Shown: positions 29,198-39,682, counted from the first letter of the stretch. The stretch is 64,000 bases of DNA from Truepera sp. (GCA_965218435.1 CBDCKW010000009.1:3168001-3232000), one strand, 5' to 3'. The notes: generated by a model not told the origin, from the sequence alone. A program made the numbers and translations.

Positions 29198-30178
29198 TTA
29201 TTTTTGTGATTCCGGCAACTCGGAGACTTCGGTGTGTTCAACCTCATCTTCCGGGTCTTTTGATTTAGGGCTCAACAAAGACGCAACGATGCTGATCGCT
29301 AGCGCACCGATGATAATCCCCAAACTCGCCACGATCGGGATGGTGATGTGAAAGTATTCGATCAGCATCTTGACGCCCACGAAGGTCAAGACGAACGCCA
29401 GACCGTAACGCAGATAGACAAACTTGTGAATCACCCCGGCGAGCAAAAAGTAAAGGCTCCGCAAGCCCAGAATGGCAAAGATGTTGCTGGTAAAGACGAT
29501 AAAGGGTTCTTGGGTGATGGCAAAGATGGCCGGAATCGAGTCGAGCGCGAAAACTAGATCGGTCAGCTCGATCATCACGAGAACGAGTAGCAGAGGTGTG
29601 ACCATCCGGCGGCCCGCCTCGAGCACTGTAAACTTCGCCTCCCGGTAACCGTCGGTGACAGGAAATAACCGGCGGACAAAACGGAGTGCGGCGTTTTTTT
29701 CCAGGTCAACCGTGTCGCCTTCGTCGCTAAAAAACATCCTGACGCCTGCAAAGACCAAAAACGCGCCGAAGAGATAGATAACCCAGTGAAAGTTGGCAAT
29801 AAGCGCCGCGCCGAGCGCGATCATCGCGCCGCGCATCACCAGCGCCCCCAAAATACCCCAAAAAAGAACCCGGTGTTGGTACTGTGACGGTACGGCAAAC
29901 GCTGAAAAGATCAGGACAAAAACGAAGATATTATCTACCGAGAGCGAGTATTCGATGAGGTAACCGGTTAAGAACTCGAGTCCAAATCGTGGCCCTGTAA
30001 CAAGATAAAGTCCCAGGTTAAAGAGGAGCGCCAGCGACACCCAAACCGCCGTCCAGGTACCCGCTTCGCGGACACTTACGGTATGCGCCTCGCGGTTAAA
30101 GACGCCCAGATCGAGCGCCAACATCGCCAAGACAAAAACTAAAAAACCGATCCAAAAGACCAGGGGTACCTCGAGCAC
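29198..30178 (-). CDS. terC: TerC/Alx family metal (Mn2+) homeostasis membrane protein
   Basis: FLTGYLIEYSLSVDNIFVF, QHRVLFWGILGA, DLVFALDSIPAIFAIT, FTSNIFAILGLRSLYF; probable GTG start at 30178 after GGAAAGG. Confidence 0.93.
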   Translation of the reverse strand: MLEVPLVFWIGFLVFVLAMLALDLGVFNREAHTVSVREAGTWTAVWVSLALLFNLGLYLVTGPRFGLEFLTGYLIEYSLSVDNIFVFVLIFSAFAVPSQYQHRVLFWGILGALVMRGAMIALGAALIANFHWVIYLFGAFLVFAGVRMFFSDEGDTVDLEKNAALRFVRRLFPVTDGYREAKFTVLEAGRRMVTPLLLVLVMIELTDLVFALDSIPAIFAITQEPFIVFTSNIFAILGLRSLYFLLAGVIHKFVYLRYGLAFVLTFVGVKMLIEYFHITIPIVASLGIIIGALAISIVASLLSPKSKDPEDEVEHTEVSELPESQK

Positions 30179-30218
30179 ACTTGCAACCTTTCCCCGACGT
30201 GGTTTTACCTGCGCCGGT

Positions 30219-30399
30219 TCAGGTCTCGCACTGTTTTCGAACGCCGGAAGAGCCTTGCTCTTCGTGCTGACGACGTTCAACCCCGTTTCTAGTACTACAC
30301 TGCGCTGCGAAATCTACGTTGCAAAATTCACACTGTAAAAGTTGCACCGTAAGCACGGTAAAACCAGCAGCAAAACCGACGGGTGGCTACTCCCCTGCT
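30219..30399 (-). ncRNA. yybP-ykoY (Mn2+-sensing) riboswitch
   Basis: Minus strand reads CAGGGGAGTAGC...CGTCGTCAGCACG(hairpin)CCGGCG...GCGAGACCTG, the conserved family blocks, directly upstream of terC. Confidence 0.85.
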
Positions 30400-30481
30400 T
30401 GGGGCACTATAACAGCTCGTGAGTCCTTCGTGCGAAGGCGTTCTCACGTACTTGTTTGACAAACTTATGCTAGAGCTGCGC

Positions 30482-31180
30482 TTAAAGACGCGCCAATATC
30501 CCGAGCACGACCGCTTTTGCTCGCCGCGCAGCCAGCGGCGTAAAGGTGCGAAAATCCACCTCAGCGCCCCCGTCGGCGCTGTCACTGAGCGAGCGGACGA
30601 TGACAAAAGGAACCCTGGCGCGGCTACACACTTGAGCGGCGGCGGCCCCTTCCATCTCGGCGCAGGCCCCGCCAAACGTTTGGGAGAGAAACGTTACCTT
30701 AGCCGCGTCCGCGATAAATTGGTCGCCTGAAAGTACCCGGCCCGAAACGACCCTGACTTCTCCTGCTGCAACTTCGGCGAGCGCCTGAGCCGACGCTAAC
30801 GCCGCCTTTTGCAACGTCTCGTCAGCCGCCCAGCTGAGCGGTTCTCCCGGAACTTCACCGAGCGCGTAACCGAGCGCCTGCACGTCCACGTCATGCTGCA
30901 GCGCGTCACGGCTGACCACGATGTCTCCGACCCTGAGACCCGGCGCGACCCCGCCCGCAACGCCCGTAAAAATCACGTGCGAGACGCCCTCCAAAACAAG
31001 GGTTTGCGCGAGCGCCGCCGCATTGACCTTACCGACGCCGCACTGTGCGACGAGCACCGGCTTACCTTGCAGAGTTCCGGTATGCAGCGTATACGCGCCC
31101 CGCCGCATTGTCTTTTGTTCCCTTAAGTCGCTTAGAAGCTGCTCGAGCTCTTCTGCCATCGCGCCGATAATTCCAATCAC
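30482..31180 (-). CDS. mtnN: 5'-methylthioadenosine/S-adenosylhomocysteine nucleosidase
   Basis: IGIIGAMAEE, CGVGKVNAA, FTGVAGG, SGDQF, EMEGAA, RSLSDSAD. Confidence 0.95.
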   Translation of the reverse strand: MIGIIGAMAEELEQLLSDLREQKTMRRGAYTLHTGTLQGKPVLVAQCGVGKVNAAALAQTLVLEGVSHVIFTGVAGGVAPGLRVGDIVVSRDALQHDVDVQALGYALGEVPGEPLSWAADETLQKAALASAQALAEVAAGEVRVVSGRVLSGDQFIADAAKVTFLSQTFGGACAEMEGAAAAQVCSRARVPFVIVRSLSDSADGGAEVDFRTFTPLAARRAKAVVLGILARL

Positions 31181-31235
31181 AGCCTCAGCTTACGCTGCCG
31201 TACCTGAGAACAGCGGCGTAAGTGCCGTTCGAGCA

Positions 31236-31766
31236 TTAAACGAACCGTTCGCGTAACGCCGCCCACACCGCCGGGTCAGCCGTACGAAAGGTCACCTCAG
31301 CCCCTGGAAACCGGAAGCGCACACCGTAAAGCTGTTCTCGGCTCCTAGTTTCTTCTTCAAAAAAACGAACGCCCTGCAGGTCTTTCCAGAGCAGCACCCG
31401 GCGGCTCCGCTGCGGCCAGAAGTTTTGCAGCTCGAGCCCCACCGCCCCGACCGTCAGCCTGACCCCACCGAGCGCCAAAGCGCCAAAAAGCCCGCCGAGC
31501 AGCCCCGGCAACAGCCAAAACGGTGTTTCAGAGAGCGTCGGCAACCGCCCGAACCAACCTAAACTCAGCGCCACCGAATAGAGGTAGACGCCGCACATCA
31601 GTGCGCCCAGCAGCCACACACCTCTGGTTAGCGAACCGGGCGCGTAAAAGGTGAACTGTGTGGGAGTTTGCGAAAGCTGTCGGCGAGCGCGCAAAACGCC
31701 CAAATCCAAAACCCTTGGGTCTAAACTGTCGGCTACAGGTTTGGAAGATAGTTTCGGGCGTCTCAT
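31236..31766 (-). CDS. Hypothetical membrane protein (2 TM plus possible PH-like domain)
   Basis: 176-aa ORF with two hydrophobic segments; TATACT -10 just before the ATG. Confidence 0.65.
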   Translation of the reverse strand: MRRPKLSSKPVADSLDPRVLDLGVLRARRQLSQTPTQFTFYAPGSLTRGVWLLGALMCGVYLYSVALSLGWFGRLPTLSETPFWLLPGLLGGLFGALALGGVRLTVGAVGLELQNFWPQRSRRVLLWKDLQGVRFFEEETRSREQLYGVRFRFPGAEVTFRTADPAVWAALRERFV

Positions 31767-32282
31767 CAGAAGTATAAAGCTGGTTTTTACGGTGAGTAGA
31801 CAAAAAAAATCGCGCTCGTGACGAACGCTTTGATTCTTTTAGTTTACACCCGTATGCGTTATCTGTCAAGATTATGCACTCAAACCCGGACAAAAGTCTG
31901 TATATTCATCTTTGAGGTGCTAAAAGCTGAGAAGCTACGTGCTGACAACGCCTTGTTTACGGGGTTAATCATCATGGGTCTATTAAGTGGGTTATGCAAA
32001 AGCTCGAGTCACCTCAGGAACGGACTTATTTAGCCTCAGTGGATTTTGTCCAGGTCTTGAAATTCAGCACCTGCAAAACCTATAAGAAACAAGGTGGCTA
32101 CACGTAAAGAAACGCACCGGCAGCTAACCCGCCGTTACCCGAGCCCCTTGCAATTTTAGCTAGCCCCTGAAGCGAGTTTTAGCCTAAAACCCAAAGCGGC
32201 GATTTTCCACAAAACATTTACTAAGCCGCTAGATGTAAGGTTTTGAATATCTAAAATGTTTATAAACGCAGACAATACGGCC

Positions 32283-33107
32283 ATGACCGAGCTTCCTATC
32301 TCGCCGCTTGCACGGCGCATTGCTGAAGAGAACAACGTCAACTGGCGAGCTTTAGAAGGTAGTGACGCCGGGGGCGGCGTCAACGAACGCGACGTTCTCA
32401 ACTATCTCGAGCAGGTGATGCTCGGTACTAAGCCGGTTGATCCGACCCCTGAGCCGCTTCCCGAGGGGATGACTGCCTGGGCCGACGAACCTATTCACGC
32501 CGAGGGTCAAGCTTCCCGGTCCACTGACGCTACCGCCGCTGAACGTTCAGACGAAGATTTAGAAGCCGTCTATCAGAAGATGTTTGCCGAGTTAGCAGCG
32601 TTAAAAACCGACGCTGCCGAGATGGGACGTGCGCGTGACGTCGCGGAAGAGGGGCGCACCGAAGCTCACGCCGAGCTGACTCAGCTCAGGGAGACGCTGA
32701 CCGGCAGAGAAACCGAATTGGCCGACCGGAACGCCGAACTGAGCCGGGTACAGGCGCAGGTTGCGCAGCTCGAAACCGCCGCCGCCGCACACGAAGCGAA
32801 AGCGCGTGAAGGGCAGCTCGAGCTCGCCCGTTTGCGTGAAACGCTCAACGCCCAAGACGAAGAACTCGTCGAGGTTCACACGCTTAAACGGCAGGCCGAA
32901 GAGCTTAGGGCGAAGTTAGGAGACGCGCAGGCGCAGGCCAAAGCGTTGCAAGAGCACAGCTACGCGCTTTCTGAAAGCCTCAATCAGGCCAACGACGCGG
33001 CCCAAAAAGCCAAGGCTGAAACCGAGCGGCTGAGAACGGCGCACGCGGGTCTCGAGCGGACTATGACCAAACTTAAACAGCGCCCGTGGTGGAAGCTGTG
33101 GGGCTAG
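32283..33107 (+). CDS. E3-binding (peripheral-subunit-binding) domain protein with coiled coil and C-terminal PWWKLWG tail
   Basis: ISPLARRIAEENNVNWRALEGS..GGGVNERDVL resembles the E3-binding domain; heptad-rich central region. Confidence 0.8.
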   Translation: MTELPISPLARRIAEENNVNWRALEGSDAGGGVNERDVLNYLEQVMLGTKPVDPTPEPLPEGMTAWADEPIHAEGQASRSTDATAAERSDEDLEAVYQKMFAELAALKTDAAEMGRARDVAEEGRTEAHAELTQLRETLTGRETELADRNAELSRVQAQVAQLETAAAAHEAKAREGQLELARLRETLNAQDEELVEVHTLKRQAEELRAKLGDAQAQAKALQEHSYALSESLNQANDAAQKAKAETERLRTAHAGLERTMTKLKQRPWWKLWG

Positions 33108-33171
33108 ACGCGCCAGCCACGGCTGCAGCCCAGGTCCCGGCAAACGTAGGGGCGAATGTATGGGCGGGCGT

Positions 33172-33687
33172 ATGATGGACGCTGCTTCACGGCTTCACGG
33201 TCAGGCGCTCCGCACGGTCGAAGCGCAGCTCGGCGAACTGCTCGCCAAAGGTCGCGCCCGCCACGCACTTATTATCGATCTGCGCGGTTTTGTCCTGCTG
33301 CATATTTGTGCGCCGACGGCTTCCGAGCCGCCTCCCTTAGACTCCCTTGGTTCGCTGGTCGCCTCGAACTTTTTAGCGACTGCTGCGCTCGCCAAACTGT
33401 TCGGTGAACGAGGGTTTAGAGAGCTGACCCAGCAGGGTGAAGAGGTGGTGACCTACACCGAAGAACTCGGTGACGAGGCGCTACTCGTCACGGTATTTGC
33501 AACTTCTGAACCGCTCGGCCGGATTAAATATCTAAGCAAAAAAACCGCCGAGTCTCTTCTCAAAGTGCTTTCAGAAAGCACTGAAGCGAAACCGGACCTT
33601 TCTTTAGGTGACGACTGGGAACAAGATAATCAAGATTTGCTCGAGGTTCTTTTGCCCAGCGCACAGCCAAAACCCAAAAAAGCTTGA
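33172..33687 (+). CDS. mglB: MglB-like Roadblock/LC7 protein
   Basis: ALIIDLRGFVLLH...PPPLDSLGSLVASNFLATAALAKLFGE..F.ELTQQGE...ALLVTVF...PLGRIK closely follows Thermus MglB; start uncertain (33160-33175). Confidence 0.85.
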   Translation: MMDAASRLHGQALRTVEAQLGELLAKGRARHALIIDLRGFVLLHICAPTASEPPPLDSLGSLVASNFLATAALAKLFGERGFRELTQQGEEVVTYTEELGDEALLVTVFATSEPLGRIKYLSKKTAESLLKVLSESTEAKPDLSLGDDWEQDNQDLLEVLLPSAQPKPKKA

Positions 33688-34183
33688 GTTTACTCCGTTG
33701 GTACTTCCAAGCAGTGCTTTCTTAACTGTTACGTTTAGGCGCTACTACTTTTCTTCTGCTGGCAGCAATTTGTAGAATGCTGGGCGTTGTTGCACAAATT
33801 AGAATCAGAAGGTCTCAGCATGCTTTTACTTATAAATCGTTTGCGAGTATTTTTCACCTCAACGATGGAAAGCTACTTTCTGACGATTTTCCGTCTTCGT
33901 TTCAGAGACTTACTTTTGATTCCGGAATTCATGCAACAAAGCCGAAACGCTGGCTAAAAACAAAAGTCAGGCTTGGCTCAAAGACAATACCGGACGCCGA
34001 AGCAAGCTTTTTCATTTTTGGTTTTGTACTGAGGTTGTACTAAGTAGTACGCTGAAACATCTCTGACGCCTTCTCGAGCTTGAGCCCGAGGTTGGAACCT
34101 TATGCTGCGGAGGCCGTTGCCCTCTACCGGTTACACAGCAGGCTTTGGCGGTAGCGGCCCTTAACCCCAACTCAACGTACCTA

Positions 34184-35257
34184 TCACGGCGTGACGAAAA
34201 AAAACGCCAGCCCCAGCACCGCGTACACTGCCACGAGCAGTAAGCCCTCAAACCAGGTGGTTTCGCCGTCGGCAGCGATCGCGTTGACGCTAAACGCAAC
34301 CCCGGCCACGGCGATCAGCTCGAGCGGGGTAAAAACCAAATTGAGCGGCTTACCCATAAAGTAAGAGACGATGACCAGAATCGGCGCGACCAAGAGCGCG
34401 ACCTGAATGCTCGAGCCCACCGTAATACTCAGCACCAAACCCATGCGGTCTTGCCGCGCGAAGTACATGGCTGAAACGTATTCGGCAGCGTTGCCGATAA
34501 TCGCCAGCACGGTAATCCCTAAAAAGAAGGGGCTTAACCCGAGACTGCCGGCGGTGGCTTCTAACGCACCTGAAACGAGTTCGGCCTCGAGCGCCGTTAC
34601 AGCGGTTGCCCCCAGCAGTACACCGAGCGCCAGCCACACCGACCACCGTGCGCCCTCTTCCCCTTCTCCACCTTCCGGTTGCCGTGAAAACACGTCCCGG
34701 TGCGTGACCAAGGTGTAAACGAGGTTAGCGATATAGACAAGCATCAGCACCACGGCGACGCTGAGGCTTAGCTGTTCGTCTAACGACCCGGCGTTCGGCA
34801 CGCCCAGCACGGTACGTTCGGTGTAGTTAAATAGAGCAGGGACCAAGAGCCCGATCAGCGCCAAGAGGAGGAGGCTCGAGAGCAGCCCTGAGCGTTCGCG
34901 CTTAAACGTCTGCGCTTCACGCCCCCAACTGCCGATCAAAATCGCAAGCCCCAGCCCCAACAAGCTGTTACCGATGATCGAACCGGTAATTTGCGCTTTG
35001 ACGACCGCTTGTTGCCCCGCTGACAGCACAAACAGCGCCAATACGAGTTCGGCAGTGTTGCCGAACGTGACGTTTAAGAGGCCACCGATAGCCGGGCCGG
35101 AGAGCTTGGCGAGTTGCTCGGTCGCCCGCCGAATCCATTCGGCCAGCGGGATAATGGCGATCACCGCGCTGACAAAAACCCACACGGGCGCAGCGTGAAC
35201 CACGTAGGTTAAGACTAAGGAAACCGGAACGAGAAGGAGCAGCCAGGTAAAGATCAT
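34184..35257 (-). CDS. cax: Calcium/proton antiporter (CaCA family)
   Basis: [46 protein letters not shown]. Confidence 0.95.
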   Translation of the reverse strand: MIFTWLLLLVPVSLVLTYVVHAAPVWVFVSAVIAIIPLAEWIRRATEQLAKLSGPAIGGLLNVTFGNTAELVLALFVLSAGQQAVVKAQITGSIIGNSLLGLGLAILIGSWGREAQTFKRERSGLLSSLLLLALIGLLVPALFNYTERTVLGVPNAGSLDEQLSLSVAVVLMLVYIANLVYTLVTHRDVFSRQPEGGEGEEGARWSVWLALGVLLGATAVTALEAELVSGALEATAGSLGLSPFFLGITVLAIIGNAAEYVSAMYFARQDRMGLVLSITVGSSIQVALLVAPILVIVSYFMGKPLNLVFTPLELIAVAGVAFSVNAIAADGETTWFEGLLLVAVYAVLGLAFFFVTP

Positions 35258-35297
35258 CTAGTGAACCTTCTCGGTCGTTAGGCTAAGGCAATCCTGC

Positions 35298-35903
35298 TTA
35301 AGAAGCATTTTTCCCGTTCTTTCGCCCCCGCAGCAACTCGAGGCCCACCGGAATCAGCGACACCACGATGACGACGCCGATGACGAGAAGCAAGTAGCGG
35401 TCTAAGTTGGGGATGAGCTGACCCAAAAAGTAGGCCGCCGTCGGGACGCCCGCCCCCCAGAGCAGACCACCGATTGCGTTAAAGCTCAAAAAGCGGCGGT
35501 AGGGCATCTTGGCGACGCCCGCGACCGGCGGCGCGAAGGTCCGTACGACCGGAATAAAGCGCGCCAGCACGAGCGTCTTCGCACCGTAGCGGTCAAAATA
35601 AGCTCGAGCCCGCTCGACATTTTTCGGGTTAAAAAACCGCGACTTGGGACGGCGAAACAGGCGTGGCCCGACACGCTTACCGATTTCGTAGCCTACCGAG
35701 TCCCCGATAATGGCGGCGGCGACGCTTACCAAGGCGACGAGCGGGAGCGACAGCGTACCCGCCGCCGCTAAAATACCGGCGGTCACCAGTAGGCTGTCAC
35801 CGGGCAAAATAAACCCGACCAAGAGCCCCGTTTCGCCAAAGAGCATCCCGAAGACACCCAGATAAGACGCCGTAACTAAAAAATGTTGCAGGTTAAAAAG
35901 CAT
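35298..35903 (-). CDS. DedA family membrane protein
   Basis: FGETGLLVGFILPGDSLL, ARFIPVVRTFAP. Confidence 0.95.
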   Translation of the reverse strand: MLFNLQHFLVTASYLGVFGMLFGETGLLVGFILPGDSLLVTAGILAAAGTLSLPLVALVSVAAAIIGDSVGYEIGKRVGPRLFRRPKSRFFNPKNVERARAYFDRYGAKTLVLARFIPVVRTFAPPVAGVAKMPYRRFLSFNAIGGLLWGAGVPTAAYFLGQLIPNLDRYLLLVIGVVIVVSLIPVGLELLRGRKNGKNAS

Positions 35904-36209
35904 CAGGACACGCTCCTTCTAGCTAAGCGGTGCCGACCGCTGCGTTTGTTCGGCTTTTACCCAGCCGGACTGAAGGTTGTGACTCGAGACTGATTCAGCC
36001 TCGCCCAGAACAGACCGAGCAGCACAGCTGAGCATAAGGTTCAAGTTTGCCGGAATAGCGTACCCGAGGTTGCAAAGACGAAGCCACGATTCGTCGCCAC
36101 GCCGCTTGACGTCGCCACGCCTAAGGAAAGCTGAGCAAGGATAATAACGATTACGAAAGAAACTCTCGAGTACACTGATAAAACACACGTTCATTTTTAG
36201 GAGGCCGTA

Positions 36210-36920
36210 ATGAAACAGCTGTTGATCGTTACCGCAATGTTGATAAGTGTCGCTTTCGCCCAAAACTCCCAAGGCGAGGTTGAGGTAATGAGCGGGGGTC
36301 AGGCTTACGCCTCGTACCTCGCCGCGCCGAAAGGTGATGGGCCGTATCCGGGGATCGTCCTGATTCACTCGTTTAATGGGCTCGAGGAAGGCTACCGCAC
36401 CATGACCGACCAGGTTGCCGCCGAGGGCTTCGTCGTCCTCGCGGTGGGTTGGCAGACCTTTGAACGGCAACCTACCGACGCCACCGTCGAGCAGCTCATC
36501 CGCGACAGCTACGCTTTTTTAGGTGAACGGGATGATGTGGATATAGGGCGTTTGGGGCTGACCGGCTTTTGTGCCGGGGGCCGCTACACCATGCTGCTTT
36601 TGCCGCAACTCGGAGATGTCAAAGCAGGCGTCGCCTGGTACGGTTTCCCGACCTCCGGCGACCCGTCTCCCACCGATTTGATCGGTGACTTAGACGCGCC
36701 GATGCTGATTTTGCACGGCACTGCCGACGAGTCCAGCTCGGTCGCCGACATCTACGCCTACGCCACCAAACTAGACAGCGCAGGTAAATCCTTTGAACTG
36801 AAGGTCTACCAAGGCGAGCCGCACGGGTTTATGTTGCAAGACGGCCAACTCCGCACCGACGCGACCGCGCAAGACGCGTTTGACGAGATGGTCGGGTTTT
36901 TTAGGCGCAAGCTCGAGTAA
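36210..36920 (+). CDS. Dienelactone hydrolase family protein with signal peptide
   Basis: GFCAGG nucleophile, HGTADE, HGF; N-terminal signal peptide. Confidence 0.9.
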   Translation: MKQLLIVTAMLISVAFAQNSQGEVEVMSGGQAYASYLAAPKGDGPYPGIVLIHSFNGLEEGYRTMTDQVAAEGFVVLAVGWQTFERQPTDATVEQLIRDSYAFLGERDDVDIGRLGLTGFCAGGRYTMLLLPQLGDVKAGVAWYGFPTSGDPSPTDLIGDLDAPMLILHGTADESSSVADIYAYATKLDSAGKSFELKVYQGEPHGFMLQDGQLRTDATAQDAFDEMVGFFRRKLE

Positions 36921-37050
36921 TCAGTCCTCAGCATTTAGAAAACTGCGCTTAAGCCGGTAACAGCCTCCACACCGACTTAAGCGCAATTCTCGAGCACTCA
37001 AGCAGCCAAAGTCAACAGTCAGCTCGTCGTACCCGATTAAAAACACTCTG

Positions 37051-38214
37051 TCAAAAGCGGTAGACCGCCGCCAGGTCGCCGCCCCCCGGAATCTCTTCCG
37101 GGTCAACGACGTAGACCGTTCCGCCGTTAAGCAGGGTGTGAATAGCGGCGAGGTCATAGAGGTCGTAGCTGCCGGTGCGCTCCTCGTCGTACAGTTCGGG
37201 GATACGCGCGTCGGCGTCGTAACGCCCCCACTGCTGCTGACCGAGCGGGACAAAGAGCGTCTCGATACGGTGGTCATACGAGGCGGGCAATACATCTTTG
37301 AGATCGGCTGAGGCTCTGGCCGGGTCTTCACCGCGAACGATCATAAAACTCTCAGCGTCCCGCTCGCGCCGTTCGCTGAAGTGCGGCGCGACGAGTTCCC
37401 ACGCGCGTTCGTGCAGCGCCTCGTTACTTTGCACTTCAGGATTTGCGTCCACGTAAGTATCTAAGAGTCCCTGATAGTGGTTGGCTTTTTGGTAGATCGG
37501 GAAATCCGTGACGTTACCCACAAACACGAGCGGAATCTGTGCCCCTTGCGGGTCTAAAAACTTTCTGACGCTGGTGTCAAGTGCCGTAAAAAAGCGCAAG
37601 ATACGGGTGTTACGGTCGTCTTCCTCGGCACCTTGAAACTGTAACGAGGTGCCGTCGCCACCCCCGCCGCCGGTCCCAAACGCCCTCGAGGTCGGTTCAG
37701 CGTCGTCATCAAAGCGTAGGGCGTCCTCCATACTGGTCGGCGCGTCTTCTAAAGCCACTTCAGAGACGTTGTAACGGGTGGCCTCGAGCAGCCGCACACT
37801 GTTGAGCGTGACTGCCAAGATGTAAAAGCGGCCGTCACCGGTCAGGAGCGGCAACAGCGGTTTGAAATGAAACCGGTCGGAGACGACTGTCAGCTCTTCA
37901 GGCACAATCGGCAGTCGGTACTGAAAGTTTTCGCCCTCGCTGACAAACACCGCGAGCCCTTTACGCTGATGCTGCCAAAAATTGTTGTCGTCAATCAGCG
38001 CCTGCGCCGGACCCAACAACGCGTCTACTGCGCGGTCATCGTAACCACGTTCATTAAGGCGGTTTTCGGCGTCTTGCACACGGTTTTTGAAACGGATGGC
38101 GTTTTCACGGGTATCGGGTCCCGCTTCGTGTGTCGGCAGGTAGATAGACACCGCGTCGCCATGTTCGGCTTGGGTTAGCTTTTTAAGTTCGTCTTTCGTC
38201 GGTATGTTTGTCAT
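37051..38214 (-). CDS. Bacterial archaeo-eukaryotic release factor (baeRF3/7-like) family protein
   Basis: VSIYLPTH, IRFKN, DRFHFKPLLP, C-terminal TLLNGGTVYVV...LAAVYRF. Confidence 0.85.
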   Translation of the reverse strand: MTNIPTKDELKKLTQAEHGDAVSIYLPTHEAGPDTRENAIRFKNRVQDAENRLNERGYDDRAVDALLGPAQALIDDNNFWQHQRKGLAVFVSEGENFQYRLPIVPEELTVVSDRFHFKPLLPLLTGDGRFYILAVTLNSVRLLEATRYNVSEVALEDAPTSMEDALRFDDDAEPTSRAFGTGGGGGDGTSLQFQGAEEDDRNTRILRFFTALDTSVRKFLDPQGAQIPLVFVGNVTDFPIYQKANHYQGLLDTYVDANPEVQSNEALHERAWELVAPHFSERRERDAESFMIVRGEDPARASADLKDVLPASYDHRIETLFVPLGQQQWGRYDADARIPELYDEERTGSYDLYDLAAIHTLLNGGTVYVVDPEEIPGGGDLAAVYRF

Positions 38215-38498
38215 GGTTATTTCTACCCCTCATCATGCGCGGGTGCTGTAGTGACGCATAAGGTCTCGTACGAGTGACTTACCGGTTTGAGCGGCGTTGG
38301 CAGCGTGGTAGAGAGAAGAAGTCAGGAGTTGGAACACAGAATCTAGAAGCTGACGGGCTGGGACTAGCTGGCAAAAGTAGATAAGGCACAACCTGAGCAG
38401 CCTCGTTTTAGCCCTTAGCTTGGGTTTATCACCGCCAGACGTTACGGTCTGCGATTCGGCTAAAAGGTAGATTGAAATTAGCTATCGTGGAGGCAAAG

Positions 38499-39530
38499 AT
38501 GAAGTTACTCGTTTTAGGCGGTACCGGTTTTTTGGGTTATCACGTCGTAGCTGAGGCTGTGGCACTCGGCCACACGGTCACGACTTTTAACCGTCAGGGT
38601 AAAAGTGAGATTGAAGGCGTCGAGGCCCTTAAAGGGGACCGTAAGGATGACCTCTCAGCCCTCGAGGGGCGCACTTGGGACGCCGTGATTGACACCTTTA
38701 GCGACCCGGACGCGATTACGGAGACCGCGAAGCTGCTTTCGGGTTCGGTACACGCTTACGGGTTTGTTTCGGGGATCAGCATCTATCACCCGGACGGCCC
38801 CGACGTGGTAGCCGAAGATGCGCCCCTCAGAGATGAAGACGAGGCGCTCGAGGACGACCCCTTGCAAGCACGGAGCTTACTCAAGCTGGCGTGTGAGCGG
38901 GCACTTCACGAGCATTTTACGGGTGACCTGCTGATTGTCCGCCCCGGCATCATGGTTGGGCCACGCGACCCGACCGACCGCTTGACCTGGTGGCCGGTCA
39001 GATTTGCTAAGGCCCTCGCCGGTCAAGTACCTGTTCTGACCCCCGGTGACCCCGAACGGCCCGTACAGTTTACCGACGCTCGAGACTTAGCCGCGTGGAT
39101 GGTGAGGTCGCTGGGACCTAATCCCAGTGGACCTCTGACCGGAACTTATAACGCGGTGGGGCCGGGGCGTAAAGAGAGTTTGCAGAATGTTTTGGCCGCT
39201 TGCTTACAGGCCGCTCGTGACTCAGCGGCGACAGAACTCGAGCCGAACACAGACGTGCAACTCATTTGGGCCGGTGAGGAGTTTTTACGGCAACAGCTCG
39301 CCGACGTAGAAGACGAGGCGCGGCCGCTCTGGTTTCCCGAAGATCAGATTCCTTTTGCGGTGGTAGACAGCTCTAAAGCAGAGGCGGCGGGACTGACGTT
39401 TCGCTCCAGCTATGAGACTGCTAGGGACACGCTACGGTGGCGCAACGAGCAAGACGAGGCGCTTAAAGCGGGCTTTAGTTCAGAAGATGAACAAGCTTTG
39501 ATCAGAGCTTGGAAAGATGACGAGGGTTAG
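38499..39530 (+). CDS. NAD-dependent epimerase/dehydratase family protein
   Basis: LVLGGTGFLG, WDAVID, RPGIMVGPRDPTDR, QFTDARDLA. Confidence 0.9.
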   Translation: MKLLVLGGTGFLGYHVVAEAVALGHTVTTFNRQGKSEIEGVEALKGDRKDDLSALEGRTWDAVIDTFSDPDAITETAKLLSGSVHAYGFVSGISIYHPDGPDVVAEDAPLRDEDEALEDDPLQARSLLKLACERALHEHFTGDLLIVRPGIMVGPRDPTDRLTWWPVRFAKALAGQVPVLTPGDPERPVQFTDARDLAAWMVRSLGPNPSGPLTGTYNAVGPGRKESLQNVLAACLQAARDSAATELEPNTDVQLIWAGEEFLRQQLADVEDEARPLWFPEDQIPFAVVDSSKAEAAGLTFRSSYETARDTLRWRNEQDEALKAGFSSEDEQALIRAWKDDEG

Positions 39531-39633
39531 CGGCTGACTGAAAGTGTGAAGGTCTGGGCTCGAGTCAGAAATTACGTTCGCGGCTCCAAAGCAAAAGAGA
39601 CCCAACCTGTGTGGTGAAGTCTCCCAAAACTCA

Positions 39634-39682
39634 TAGCTGCTTACTGCTTACTTTCTACTTCTTAATCCTTACTTCTTACACC
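39634..39682. repeat. Heptamer tandem repeat x7
   Basis: TAGCTGC TTACTGC TTACTTT CTACTTC TTAATCC TTACTTC TTACACC. Confidence 0.8.

Noticed and set aside
31770..32280. 510-bp AT-richer intergenic region as an ncRNA or origin
   Set aside because: No recognisable RNA family blocks, DnaA-box cluster or strong structure; most likely divergent promoters.
33690..34180. AT-rich gap after mglB as a decayed mglA, or ORF 33777-34043 as a gene
   Set aside because: No P-loop or other GTPase motif in the frames I examined; the short ORF has no recognisable features.
5905..35903. ChaB, TMEM175, TerC, Cax and DedA as one ion-homeostasis system
   Set aside because: They are scattered over 30 kb in separate transcription units with no shared motif seen.
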